A stretch of 64,000 nucleotides of DNA from Candidatus Fraserbacteria bacterium (GTDB lineage Bacteria; Bipolaricaulota; Bipolaricaulia; RBG-16-55-9), in the NCBI GenBank assembly GCA_037442925.1, contig JBBIPG010000002.1:12916-76915 (forward strand), read 5' to 3'. The stretch's first letter is position 1, and each line of letters begins with the position of its first letter. The notes under the pieces are model-generated. The model worked only from the letters and a program-made list of their open reading frames with translations. It was not told where the DNA came from and searched no databases. The position numbers were made by a program, and so were the translations under genes. This document shows, in pieces, positions 7,004-16,529 of the stretch.

Positions 7004-9160
7004 GTGAACCACATGGCGAAGGCAGCAGAGCTACAACAGCCTATAGAATCAGAGATTCTCGCCATTCTAAGAGAAGCCAAGGCCGAAGTCCACACCGAAC
7101 AGCTCGCCTCACAGCTTGGCATCACACGACACACGGCCGCAAAATATCTGGAGATCCTCCAGGCCAAGGGGCAAGTCAGCTGTCGCAAACTGGGCAACGC
7201 CAAGCTGTGGCGCGAGGCCTCTACCGAGATCGTGATTCGGCTCCTCACTTCCGCAGACCTAAATGCCATAGTAGCCATCCAAAAGCAACTACAGTCGGAG
7301 CCCGAATATGCACAGCTCAAGCTCAGTGACTTCGAGGACGAGGCGGCACTGAACAACTTCCGGCGGATGGTCGAACATCAGCTGGCGAGCAGCGATCCCG
7401 CGTGGATGTTGGGCGCGGAAGTGCAGGGACAACTCGTGGGCTTCATTCTGGGAGAGATTCGTCTCTGGGAGCGTGGCAGCGGGGAGCAGACGGGCTGGAT
7501 CCGGGCGCTTGCAGTTGACCCGCGCTATCACGGACGCCACATCGGACGCCGCCTCGCGGAAGAGCTGCTGGCTCGTTTTCAAGCCCACGGAGTCCGACGT
7601 GTGAGAACGCTCATCGACTGGCAAGCCGGAAAACTCATGGCCTACTTCCAAGACCTTGGCTTCTCCATTTTAAGCATGTTGCCACTCGAAAAGGACTTGC
7701 TCGAGTCAGCTAGTGAGCCGAAGAGCATAGAAAACGGAGAGACTGTGAGTTCTCCCATACTCGGCGAAGCGAATTTAACAGAAGGAGCAGAGATGAGCGT
7801 AAGAACCCCTGCGATCACAGAAGGAGCGTGTAGCACATTCGCAGAACTTCACCCACCATTGACAGATGGGGAAGCCGTCATGGAAGCCTATCGGTGCCTG
7901 GAATGCGGTGGGCCCTATGCTCCGGCTCCCTGCACGGTGGCGTGCCCCACGCACATTGACATCCCCAAGTTCATTCGCGAGATCCGCGAAGGTCGACCGT
8001 TGGATTCAGCCCGCACGATCTTTGAGGCAAATGTCTTGGGAGGCAGTTGTGCCCGCGTCTGTCCCGTGGAAGTCCTCTGCCAAGGGGCCTGCGTTCTGAC
8101 GAAAGAAGGGCGACGTGCCGTGGAGATCGGTCGGCTGCAACGCTATGCGACCGATTGGGCTCTCACACGACATGAGCGGGTCATGCCAGCCAAAACGAAG
8201 ACAAAGCACAACCGCCGAGTGGCCGTTCTCGGTGCAGGGCCAGCAGGGTTGGCTTGCGCAGCCGAACTGGCTCGCCTTGGTTACTCCGTGACGCTATATG
8301 AGAGTAAGACGATGCCGGGCGGACTCATCACTCATGCAATTGCCCCTTATAAGCAGCTGGTGGAGCCTCTGCCTCACGAGGTAGAGGAGATCCAGAAGCT
8401 GGGGGTCGAATTCCGGTTCGGTGTGGCCGTGGGGCGGGATCTCTCGCTTGAGGAGCTCGAGGGCGTGTACGATGCGATCTTCTTGGGGATCGGCCTCGGC
8501 GAAGATCAGTCAGCCGAGGTGCGCGGCGAGGATCTAGAAGGCGTTTACAACTCACTGGATTTTGTGGATGAACTCAAGTTGGGCGACTGGCGCAAGCTTA
8601 AGCAGCGCTTGGGAGAGAGGATAGCAGTGCTTGGCGGTGGCAATACAGCGATTGACGTGGCTCGTGAGGCGGTGCGCCTGGGAGCCAAAGAAGTGACCGT
8701 GCTCTATCGGCGCACCGAAAAGGACATGCCGGCATACGCCCATGAATACGAGGCAGCACGCAAGGAAGGTGTGCGGTTCTTGTGGCTGACGGCTCCCAGA
8801 CGCTTCGTCGGCAACGGAAGAATCCGGGCTGTCGAGTGTGTGCACTTGCGCATGGTCCAGCCGGAAGCCGGTCGCAGCTCGCCTCTGGAGCCTGTGGCGG
8901 GAACGGAGTTTCTCCTCGAAGTCGATGGTGTCATTAAAGCGATCGGCCAGCGGAAGCGTACGGCCTTTCTGCAGCAGATTCGCGGCTTACAGCTCGAGCG
9001 CGGGCTTGTCAAGGTCGACGAGTGGGGCCAGACGGCTGGAAAATACTTTGCCGGCGGAGATTGCGTCAATGGCGGCGACACGGCCGTGCGTGCGGTAGCC
9101 GAAGGCCGACGAGCCGCTCAAGGCATTCATCGCTTCCTAAGTGGGGAGGCCATGTCATGA
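7004..9160 (+). CDS. HTH-GNAT protein in frame with a GltD/PreT/NfnB-like Fe-S flavoprotein (oxidoreductase has its own start at 7793)
   Basis: HTH (LGITRHTAAKYL); GNAT (LAVDPRYHGRHIGRRL); CLECG..PCTVACP, CARVCP..CQGAC, GAGPAG, GGGNTAID, YRRT, AGGD. Internal GAAGGAG RBS before ATG 7793. Confidence 0.85.
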   Translation: MNHMAKAAELQQPIESEILAILREAKAEVHTEQLASQLGITRHTAAKYLEILQAKGQVSCRKLGNAKLWREASTEIVIRLLTSADLNAIVAIQKQLQSEPEYAQLKLSDFEDEAALNNFRRMVEHQLASSDPAWMLGAEVQGQLVGFILGEIRLWERGSGEQTGWIRALAVDPRYHGRHIGRRLAEELLARFQAHGVRRVRTLIDWQAGKLMAYFQDLGFSILSMLPLEKDLLESASEPKSIENGETVSSPILGEANLTEGAEMSVRTPAITEGACSTFAELHPPLTDGEAVMEAYRCLECGGPYAPAPCTVACPTHIDIPKFIREIREGRPLDSARTIFEANVLGGSCARVCPVEVLCQGACVLTKEGRRAVEIGRLQRYATDWALTRHERVMPAKTKTKHNRRVAVLGAGPAGLACAAELARLGYSVTLYESKTMPGGLITHAIAPYKQLVEPLPHEVEEIQKLGVEFRFGVAVGRDLSLEELEGVYDAIFLGIGLGEDQSAEVRGEDLEGVYNSLDFVDELKLGDWRKLKQRLGERIAVLGGGNTAIDVAREAVRLGAKEVTVLYRRTEKDMPAYAHEYEAARKEGVRFLWLTAPRRFVGNGRIRAVECVHLRMVQPEAGRSSPLEPVAGTEFLLEVDGVIKAIGQRKRTAFLQQIRGLQLERGLVKVDEWGQTAGKYFAGGDCVNGGDTAVRAVAEGRRAAQGIHRFLSGEAMS

Positions 9161-9750
9161 TGATCGAAATCCGTTGGCACGCTCGCGGCGGTCAAGGAGC
9201 CATCACGGTTGCGGAGATCCTCGCTGCCGTCGCGCTTTGTCAGGGTCTCTACGTGCAATCGTTTCCCGAGTACGGACCAGAGCGCAGCGGCGCACCACTT
9301 CATGCGTATAATCGCATCTCCGATGAACCCATCAAACTCCATAGTGGCGTCTACGAGCCAGATATCGTCGTCGTGCTCGACCCGACGCTGCTCCATGCCG
9401 AGCCCGTGGCAGAGGGACTCAAAACCGAGGGGCTTCTGCTCGTAAATACGTCAGATGCTGCAAAAGAGATGGCAAAGCGCACGGGCTTTCGCGGCAGAGT
9501 CTTGGCAATTCCCGCCGTTCAACTGGCCGAACAGGCAAAGATCCGCTTCGCCAATGTGCCCATGTTGGGTGTGCTGTTGAGACTTCTGAACTTCCCGCTC
9601 GAAGCGGGACAAGAAGAATTCCAAACTGTCTTTAGCGAAAAGCTCAGTCCTGCTGTGCTCGAAGCGAATCTGGAGGCTTTGCGCCTCGGGTACGAAGCCG
9701 TTTCGCAGGAGAGCGTCGTAGATATGAAACGAGGTGTCATCGCATCATGA
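9157..9750 (+). CDS. porC: Pyruvate/2-oxoacid:ferredoxin oxidoreductase gamma subunit
   Basis: EIRWHARGGQGA, FPEYGPERSGAP, EPDIVVVLD; start ATG 9157 overlaps the upstream stop. Confidence 0.92.
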   Translation: MMIEIRWHARGGQGAITVAEILAAVALCQGLYVQSFPEYGPERSGAPLHAYNRISDEPIKLHSGVYEPDIVVVLDPTLLHAEPVAEGLKTEGLLLVNTSDAAKEMAKRTGFRGRVLAIPAVQLAEQAKIRFANVPMLGVLLRLLNFPLEAGQEEFQTVFSEKLSPAVLEANLEALRLGYEAVSQESVVDMKRGVIAS

Positions 9751-10070
9751 TGGCGAAAGGAAAACTGAAAGCGTGGCAAGAACTGGAGGTTGGGGCTGTC
9801 GTTCTCGAAGGCGGGAGCACCCAAGCCATTCTCACCGGCGGATGGCGCACAGGCAAGAAGCCCATCGTCGACGCCCAGAAGTGCGTCAACTGCCTGCTCT
9901 GCTGGATCCACTGCCCGGAGCCTGCTATCGTCACGGAGAAGGCTCAGATGCGCGGGTACAACTACGAACATTGCAAGGGCTGCGGCATTTGCGCCGAAGC
10001 CTGTCCTTCCGGTGCGATTTCCATGGTCCCCGAAGAAAGGGTCGTCCCCGAGAGAGGGTGGATCGAATGA
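9747..10070 (+). CDS. porD: Pyruvate/2-oxoacid:ferredoxin oxidoreductase delta subunit
   Basis: TGGWR..KP, CVNCLLCWIHCP, CKGCGICAEACP. Confidence 0.93.
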   Translation: MMAKGKLKAWQELEVGAVVLEGGSTQAILTGGWRTGKKPIVDAQKCVNCLLCWIHCPEPAIVTEKAQMRGYNYEHCKGCGICAEACPSGAISMVPEERVVPERGWIE

Positions 10071-11278
10071 CTGTTGCCATGAAGCAGAAGCAATTACTCA
10101 CAGGTGCTGAGGCAGTGGCTCAAGCGTGGCGCCAGATCGATCCGGATGTCGTGCCCGTCTACCCCATCACACCCCAGACGCCGATCATCACGGCCTTCTC
10201 CGAGATGGTCGCTGAGGGACTTGCGAGCACAGAGATCATCAATGTGGAGAGTGAGCACTCGGCGATGAGCGCGGCCGTCGGTGCCGCAGCGGCTGGAGCC
10301 CGTGTGGCCACGGCCACAAGCTCGCAAGGGCTGGCTCTCATGCTCGAGATCTGTTACATTGCTGCATCCCTTCGGCTGCCCATCTTGATGAACGTGGGAG
10401 CGCGGGCACTTTCGGGTCCTATCAATATTCACTGCGACCACTCCGATGCCTATATGGCTCGCGATGCCGGATGGGTGCAGATCTTCACAGAGAATGCCCA
10501 GGAGGCTTACGACTACACGCTTATGGCACAGCGTCTCGCGGAACACGACCGCGTACGCCTGCCGGTGATGGTGATGCTCGATGGGTTCACTACCACACAC
10601 TCCGCGGATGTGGCTGAGATCTTACCCGACGACCTGGCAAGACAGTTCATCGGCGAGTATGAGCCGCCCTTCTCGTTGCTCACGCAGGTCGCGACTGTCG
10701 GCCCCTTTGACATGCCGGACTACTACTTCGAGCACAGACGAGCTCAGCAGCATGCCTTAGAACAGGTGCGTGAGGCCTTCGAGCAGATTCAAAGAATGTT
10801 CAAAGAGCAGAGTGAACGTCCGTATGAAGGGCCTTTCGAGGCGTATCAGATGGACGATGCGCGAACGGCTCTCGTGGTGATGGGTTCAGCCGCAGGCACC
10901 GCTAAGGCCGTTGTGGATATGCTGCGCCGCGAAGGTCGGCGTGTTGGTCTCATTAAACTGTGGCTCTTTCGCCCCTTCCCGCGCGCAGCCATCGCCCGGG
11001 TTTTGGGATACGTCGACAGTGTAGCTGTGTTCGATCGGGGCCTAAGCTACGGTAGCTTCGGCCCGCTGTATCTTGAGGTCACTTCAGCACTCTACAGTCG
11101 AGTCTGGGGTGTGGAGAATTCCAGGCGACCCAAACTAGCCAACATCATCTATGGACTGGGCGGACGGGATTTACGACCCGATCAGATTCGAAAAGCCTTC
11201 GATGATCTGGAGGCTGGGCGCTTGCGAGCTGATCAACTCTACTATGCCGGTTTGCGGGAAGAAGGAGACCAGCGATGA
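10067..11278 (+). CDS. porA: Pyruvate/2-oxoacid:ferredoxin oxidoreductase alpha subunit
   Basis: YPITPQT, VESEHSAMS, TATSSQGL, FRPFP, GLGGRD; start ATG 10067. Confidence 0.93.
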   Translation: MTVAMKQKQLLTGAEAVAQAWRQIDPDVVPVYPITPQTPIITAFSEMVAEGLASTEIINVESEHSAMSAAVGAAAAGARVATATSSQGLALMLEICYIAASLRLPILMNVGARALSGPINIHCDHSDAYMARDAGWVQIFTENAQEAYDYTLMAQRLAEHDRVRLPVMVMLDGFTTTHSADVAEILPDDLARQFIGEYEPPFSLLTQVATVGPFDMPDYYFEHRRAQQHALEQVREAFEQIQRMFKEQSERPYEGPFEAYQMDDARTALVVMGSAAGTAKAVVDMLRREGRRVGLIKLWLFRPFPRAAIARVLGYVDSVAVFDRGLSYGSFGPLYLEVTSALYSRVWGVENSRRPKLANIIYGLGGRDLRPDQIRKAFDDLEAGRLRADQLYYAGLREEGDQR

Positions 11279-12285
11279 TCCACCTCAAAGAACTGGCGCG
11301 GCGCGAGGAGAAGACGCAGAAGTTCTTCGGAGGACATGGCCTATGCGCGGGCTGCGGAGCCCCCATCGTGGTGCGCACCGTGCTCAACGCGATTGACAGG
11401 CCCATGGTCGTCATTAACGCTACAGGGTGTCTTGAGGTCGCCACGACGCGCTTCCCCTACACGGCATGGAGTGTCCCATGGATTCACGTGGCTTTCGAGA
11501 ATGCTGCCGCCGTGGCCAGTGGAATTGAAACGGCTTATCGCGTCTTGCGGCGCAAGGGCAAGATCTCCCAGGACATGGTGTTTGTGGTCTTTGCTGGCGA
11601 TGGGGGCACGTATGATATCGGGTTTCAGGCCCTCTCCGGAGCCCTGGAGCGCGGCCATCGCCTTATCTACATCTGTTACGACAACGAAGCGTACATGAAT
11701 ACGGGTAATCAGCGATCCGGAGCTACACCACGGGGCGCATATACTGCCACCACGCCGATTGGCAGTCGAGGCTCCGGCAAACCCCAGCGCCGCAAGGACT
11801 TGACCGAGATTGTCGTGGCCCACCACATCCCCTATGCTGCCCAGGCATCCATCTCCGACTGGCAAGATATCGTGATGAAGATCGAGCGAGCCGTGGCCGC
11901 GGACGGTCCAAGTTTCCTCAACGTCTTGTCCACGTGCACACGTGGTTGGGGGTTCCCAGCGGAGAAAGCCGTGAAGATGGCGCATCTTGCGGTCCAGAGC
12001 TGTTACTGGCCGCTCTATGAGGTCATTGACGGCGCGTGGCGCCTGAGCTACGAGCCGGAGCCGCGTACGGCCGAGGAGCGTGCCAAGTGGGGGCGCTACG
12101 GGCTCGACATCACGGAATGGCTCAAGCTCCAGGGGCGCTTCGCCCATCTCTTCCAGAAGAAGCAGGAAGGGATCTTCGTAAGGCCAGAGCACAGGGAACT
12201 GATAGCCGAGATTCAGCGTCAGGTCGAGCGCGACTGGGAGAAGCTCCTCGCCAAGTGTGGCCGCGCCATACCGGTGCTCGCCTGA
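11275..12285 (+). CDS. porB: Pyruvate/2-oxoacid:ferredoxin oxidoreductase beta subunit
   Basis: LCAGCG, ATGCLEV, GDGGTYDIG...YDNEAYMNTG.QRS (TPP motif). Confidence 0.93.
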   Translation: MIHLKELARREEKTQKFFGGHGLCAGCGAPIVVRTVLNAIDRPMVVINATGCLEVATTRFPYTAWSVPWIHVAFENAAAVASGIETAYRVLRRKGKISQDMVFVVFAGDGGTYDIGFQALSGALERGHRLIYICYDNEAYMNTGNQRSGATPRGAYTATTPIGSRGSGKPQRRKDLTEIVVAHHIPYAAQASISDWQDIVMKIERAVAADGPSFLNVLSTCTRGWGFPAEKAVKMAHLAVQSCYWPLYEVIDGAWRLSYEPEPRTAEERAKWGRYGLDITEWLKLQGRFAHLFQKKQEGIFVRPEHRELIAEIQRQVERDWEKLLAKCGRAIPVLA

Positions 12286-12298
12286 GGGAGAGACGCCT

Positions 12299-12553
12299 AT
12301 GGAACGCTTTCATCAAGGGGAGTTTCAGCTGATTCTAGAGCCAACCTTCTGCAAGGGCTGCAGTCTCTGCGTGAAGAGTTGCCCGACGGGCATTCTCTAT
12401 TTGAACGGGCAAGGGAAGATCGCAACGCGCTCGGAGGACGTTGCGGAGAAGTGCATCTTTTGTGGATTATGCGAGGCGCGGTGTCCCGATTTCGCCATCT
12501 GGGTCGTGAAACCTGCTCGGGTTGTGCGCAAACAGAAGGCAGGGGTTATCTGA
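12299..12553 (+). CDS. korD: 2x[4Fe-4S] ferredoxin, Kor-type delta subunit
   Basis: CKGCSLCVKSCP and CIFCGLCEARCPDFAI; GAGGGAG RBS. Confidence 0.88.
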   Translation: MERFHQGEFQLILEPTFCKGCSLCVKSCPTGILYLNGQGKIATRSEDVAEKCIFCGLCEARCPDFAIWVVKPARVVRKQKAGVI

Positions 12554-12568
12554 GGCAGTGAAGGGAAT

Positions 12569-13756
12569 ATGAAGATGGCCGATAGCGGAGCCAACAATAA
12601 GAAGAAGCCACGGCTCATCCAAGGCAACGAAGCGTGCGCCTACGGTGCGCTCTACGCGGGCTGTCGCTTCTATGCGGGTTATCCGATCACGCCCAGCTCC
12701 GAGATCATGGAGATCATGTCGAGAGAGCTGCCTAAGATCGGCGGAGTCTTCATCCAGATGGAAGATGAGATCGCATCGATATCGGCCGTGATTGGAGCTG
12801 CTTGGGCGGGAGCTAAGGCGATGGCGGCCACCAGCGGCCCGGGTTTTTCACTCATGCAAGAAGGCATAGGCTACGCGGCGATCACCGAGACCCCGTGCGT
12901 GATTGTGGACTCGCAACGCTGGGGGCCATCGACAGGCCAACCCACAAAAACGGCCCAAGGCGATGTGATGCAGGCCATCTGGGGCACCCACGGCGATCAC
13001 CCCGTGATTGTGCTCACGGCCTCGCATGTGCGAGAGGTCTTCGAAATGACCGTTACGGCGTTCAACTACGCTGAGCAATACCGGGTTCCCGTGATCTTAC
13101 TGTTGGATGAAGTCCTGTCCCACATGCGGGAGAACGTGTTCATCCCCGAGCCAGGGGAGATCGAGATCATCGAGCGGAAACGACCGCCTTCCCTGAGCGA
13201 CTTCCGGCCGTTCAAAGACCTCAGTTTCTTGCCGTTTGGAGATGGTGCCCGCTTCAACGTGACGGGAATGGCCCACGATGAGTGGGGTTTCCCTGCACAA
13301 GGACCAGAGGCGGAACGCCAGCTACGCCGCATCATCGACAAGATTCACGTCGATGTCGAATCCCTCGCGCTCTTTGAAGAACTGCATCTTGATGATGCTG
13401 ACAGCGTGATCGCAAGCTATGGCATCACAAGTCGCGCGGCCGAGAGCGCCGTCGAGCAGTTGCGTGCTGAGGGCCTACGAATCGGGTTCTTGAATTTGAA
13501 GACGCTTTGGCCATTCCCAGATTTCCTCTTCGAGCGGCTTCCAGCACACATCGAATATATTCTAGTCCCGGAGTTGAACCTGGGCCAGCTGGTGCGTGAG
13601 GTGCGGCGGGCCGTGCAGGGACAGCGCGGGCAATCTCTTAGAGTCGAACACCTGGGGCGGGTGGACGGCAGCTTGATCACACCGCAACAGATCATCGAAA
13701 CCGTTCACGCCTTCCCCGGCTCTAGGGTTTCAACGGGAGGAGCCCCACGATGCTGA
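12569..13756 (+). CDS. korA: 2-oxoglutarate-type 2-oxoacid:ferredoxin oxidoreductase alpha subunit
   Basis: GNEA, AGYPITPSSE, QMEDEI, ATSGPGFSLM, QRWGPSTG.PT, ELNLGQ. Confidence 0.9.
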   Translation: MKMADSGANNKKKPRLIQGNEACAYGALYAGCRFYAGYPITPSSEIMEIMSRELPKIGGVFIQMEDEIASISAVIGAAWAGAKAMAATSGPGFSLMQEGIGYAAITETPCVIVDSQRWGPSTGQPTKTAQGDVMQAIWGTHGDHPVIVLTASHVREVFEMTVTAFNYAEQYRVPVILLLDEVLSHMRENVFIPEPGEIEIIERKRPPSLSDFRPFKDLSFLPFGDGARFNVTGMAHDEWGFPAQGPEAERQLRRIIDKIHVDVESLALFEELHLDDADSVIASYGITSRAAESAVEQLRAEGLRIGFLNLKTLWPFPDFLFERLPAHIEYILVPELNLGQLVREVRRAVQGQRGQSLRVEHLGRVDGSLITPQQIIETVHAFPGSRVSTGGAPRC

Positions 13757-14589
13757 AAGAACCATATAGAGAGTACCTACGCTCCGATGAGTTGCCAAGC
13801 GTCTGGTGTCCGGGCTGCGGCAACGGAGTCATCGTCAAAGCTCTCGTCAACGCTATAGACAGTCTGAAGCTGAAGAAAGACGATGTGGTGGTCGTGGGAG
13901 GCATCGGGTGTTCGGGACGTACACCGTTCATTTTGGATTTCAATACCATGCATACGACTCATGGTCGTGCGCTGGCTTTCGCTACAGGGATCAAGCTCAC
14001 ACGACCGGAACTTAAGGTGATCGTCGCGATGGGCGATGGCGATGCCTCGGCCATCGGCGGCAATCACTTCATCCACGCCTGTCGCCGCAACATTGATCTC
14101 ACAGCCCTCATCTTTAACAACGCCATCTATGGCCAGACGGGAGGGCAACTGGCCCCCACCACACCCCAAGGCAAACGAAGCGCAACCTCACAATGGGGGA
14201 GCATCGAGCCGAACTTTGATCTATGTCAGCTGGCGCTGGGTGCCGGAGCCGGTTTTGTGGCACGCACGACGGTCTTCGACTTTCAAGAACTGAAGGGATT
14301 TCTCGAAAGGGCTCTCTGGCACAAGGGGTTTTCGGTGGTGGAGATCATGACTTCGTGTCCAACCTACTTTGGCCGGATGAACGACATCCGCGAACCCTAC
14401 GAGATGCTGCACTATCTCAAAGACTTGACGATTCCCCAAGATGCGGCCGCCATGGAAGAGGAACGAGAACGGATGAGAAGGCTTCCGACGGGGGTTTTCA
14501 AGGACGAAGAACGAACGGAGTACACGCAGCTCTATCGAGAACTCTGTGAGACGGCCAAGGCGGCCACAGACGGTTCCCGTGGAGAATGA
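13750..14589 (+). CDS. korB: 2-oxoglutarate-type 2-oxoacid:ferredoxin oxidoreductase beta subunit
   Basis: WCPGCG, GIGCS, HGRAL, GDGD..IGGNH, NN.IYG.TGGQ. Confidence 0.9.
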   Translation: MLKEPYREYLRSDELPSVWCPGCGNGVIVKALVNAIDSLKLKKDDVVVVGGIGCSGRTPFILDFNTMHTTHGRALAFATGIKLTRPELKVIVAMGDGDASAIGGNHFIHACRRNIDLTALIFNNAIYGQTGGQLAPTTPQGKRSATSQWGSIEPNFDLCQLALGAGAGFVARTTVFDFQELKGFLERALWHKGFSVVEIMTSCPTYFGRMNDIREPYEMLHYLKDLTIPQDAAAMEEERERMRRLPTGVFKDEERTEYTQLYRELCETAKAATDGSRGE

Positions 14590-15179
14590 ACAGCAAGAGA
14601 AGCCGTAGAGGCAGAAAGAGCAAAGATCCTGTGCAGATTCGTCTGAGCGGCTCAGGCGGCCAAGGCTTGATCACAGCCGGTGTCATCTTGGCGGAAGCCG
14701 CGTTACTCGATGGCAAGAACGTCGTGCAGACGCAAAGCTATGGCCCTGAGGCGCGGCTGGGCGCGAGCAAATCCGAAGTGATCATCTCCAAAGGGAAGAT
14801 TGCCTATCCCCAAGTCATGAATCCAGACATCCTTCTTTGCTTATCGCAAGACTCCTTCGACAAGTACATCTCGCAGACCAACGCGGAGGCCATGATCATT
14901 GTGGATTCTGACTTTGTGGAGCATGGGTCATCCACGAACAAGCGGATCTATGCACTTCCGATCACCAAGACAGCTACCGCCGTCGGCAGCAAGGTGGTGG
15001 CGAACGTTGTCGCCTTGGGAGTGATGAATGCTCTGGCAGGCTTGGTTGCTTCCACGAGTTTGCACGAAGCGGTAGTCAAGCGCGTGCCAGAGCGATTCCG
15101 TGCACTCAATGAGCGAGCGGTAGAAGCCGGTGAGAAGCTCATCGAAGAATCTCCGGATTCCGAAAGGAGGGCCATATGA
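14586..15179 (+). CDS. korC: 2-oxoglutarate-type 2-oxoacid:ferredoxin oxidoreductase gamma subunit
   Basis: GSGGQG, QTQSYGPEARLGAS, NVVALG. Confidence 0.9.
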   Translation: MNSKRSRRGRKSKDPVQIRLSGSGGQGLITAGVILAEAALLDGKNVVQTQSYGPEARLGASKSEVIISKGKIAYPQVMNPDILLCLSQDSFDKYISQTNAEAMIIVDSDFVEHGSSTNKRIYALPITKTATAVGSKVVANVVALGVMNALAGLVASTSLHEAVVKRVPERFRALNERAVEAGEKLIEESPDSERRAI

Positions 15180-15484
15180 AACGCCGTTGGGATGATGAAG
15201 AGGAAGCATTGGGACAGACGGCAGGTCTACTCGCGGAATGTGGCGAGAAGGGAAAGAACTGTTGGGCACTCTACGTCGTGATGGATGAAGTGATCGAGAC
15301 GGTAGGACCTTCGTGGCTCGCTCATTTCATCGCCACTACCAAGAACAAAGTGGCTGCCGTTGAACTGCAGAGCTACTTGCAAGCTCACTGGCCCGCTTAC
15401 GCAGAACTGGTTGAACAGCTCCTCGCTGGCACCAACTGGACGAGAGAGACCGACGGCCTCGAAAAAGACTTCGGCGACGACTGA
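15176..15484 (+). CDS. Hypothetical protein (102 aa)
   Basis: AAGGAGG RBS, ATGA overlap with korC, fills the operon gap; no recognised motif. Confidence 0.65.
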   Translation: MKRRWDDEEEALGQTAGLLAECGEKGKNCWALYVVMDEVIETVGPSWLAHFIATTKNKVAAVELQSYLQAHWPAYAELVEQLLAGTNWTRETDGLEKDFGDD

Positions 15485-15485
15485 G

Positions 15486-16427
15486 GTGTTGTCAACGCAA
15501 GTGAAGAGTGCCTCGTACCCAAGTTACCTGGCGCTCCATGAACGCGGTATACTGCACGAGCGGGTCGAAGAAGTCCGCAAGCGCCTAGAAGCCTGTACGC
15601 TTTGTCCACGCGTCTGCCGAGCGAATCGCGTAGAGGGTGAGATCGGTCAGTGCAATGGGAGTCGTTATGCGCTCGTGAGTTCGTTCGGCCCACACTTCGG
15701 CGAAGAGCGCGTTCTACGGGGGACACGGGGCTCAGGCACAGTTTTCTTTGCTGGCTGCAATGTACGGTGCGTTTACTGCCAAAACTACCAGATCAGTCAA
15801 TTGCTCGATGGCTCTCGCGTCACAGCAGAGCAGTTGGCAGAGATCTTCTTACGAGTGCAACAAATGGGATGCCATAATTTGAATCTTGTCACCCCCAGCC
15901 ACGTTGTAGCTCAAATTCTCGAAGCGCTTGAGATCGCCATCCCGCAGGGCTTTCGGCTGCCTCTTGTGTACAACACGAGCGCGTATGATTCCGTTCAATC
16001 TCTAAAGCTTCTGGATGGCGTTGTGGATATCTACATGCCCGATTTGAAATACAGCGACTCTCAGATCGCTCACAAATACTCCGGCATCGCTCACTACTGG
16101 GACGTCGCGCGGGTGGCATTCATAGAGATGCACCGTCAAGTGGGTGATTTGGCTGTTGAAGATGGCTTGGCCAAGCGCGGACTGCTCATTCGGCATCTGG
16201 TCTTACCCTCCGGCCTAGCGGGCTCTCAAGCAGTCTTGAGCTTCATCGCTGAAACACTCTCGCGCGATTCATGGGTCAACATCATGGCGCAATATCATCC
16301 AGCTTACAAAGCCTTCGAGTATCCCGAGCTGTCGCGTAGAATCACACCCAAAGAATATGGGGAAGTCGTCGAATACGCGCACTCGCTGGGGTTGCATCGC
16401 GGAATCCCACTGGAATATGCAGACTAG
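15486..16427 (+). CDS. PflX-like radical SAM protein
   Basis: CTLCPRVC, HFGEE, GTVFFAGCNVRCVYCQN (CX3CX2C), DIYMPDLKY, RHLVLP, NIMAQY; start approximate. Confidence 0.88.
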   Translation: MLSTQVKSASYPSYLALHERGILHERVEEVRKRLEACTLCPRVCRANRVEGEIGQCNGSRYALVSSFGPHFGEERVLRGTRGSGTVFFAGCNVRCVYCQNYQISQLLDGSRVTAEQLAEIFLRVQQMGCHNLNLVTPSHVVAQILEALEIAIPQGFRLPLVYNTSAYDSVQSLKLLDGVVDIYMPDLKYSDSQIAHKYSGIAHYWDVARVAFIEMHRQVGDLAVEDGLAKRGLLIRHLVLPSGLAGSQAVLSFIAETLSRDSWVNIMAQYHPAYKAFEYPELSRRITPKEYGEVVEYAHSLGLHRGIPLEYAD

Positions 16428-16483
16428 CCGCTCTGCCTGACAAAGACCGCTTAGAGCAAGAGGTCTTAGCCACAAGTTGTCAA

Positions 16484-16512
16484 TTGCAGACGAGCCCGAC
16501 TATATTTATATT
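16484..16512 (+). promoter_or_regulatory. Putative sigma70 promoter for the ybhB-HAD genes
   Basis: TTGCAG-17 nt-TATATT in an AT-rich gap. Confidence 0.45.
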
Positions 16513-16529
16513 TGGATAGGGTGACGCGC

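Noticed and set aside
7744..7759. TGTGA-N6-CCATA partial CRP box in the fusion linker
   Set aside because: Poor second half-site and no -10 at a suitable distance.
9022..10066. N-terminally extended ORF calls (9022, 9734; likewise 16703, 25770, 41072, 48595, 61513)
   Set aside because: Extensions overlap upstream genes; family-typical N-termini and RBSs support later starts.
11341..12192. Long antisense ORFs (283 aa here; also 5422-6207 and 19833-20636)
   Set aside because: Opposite well-conserved genes in GC-rich DNA, with no motifs.
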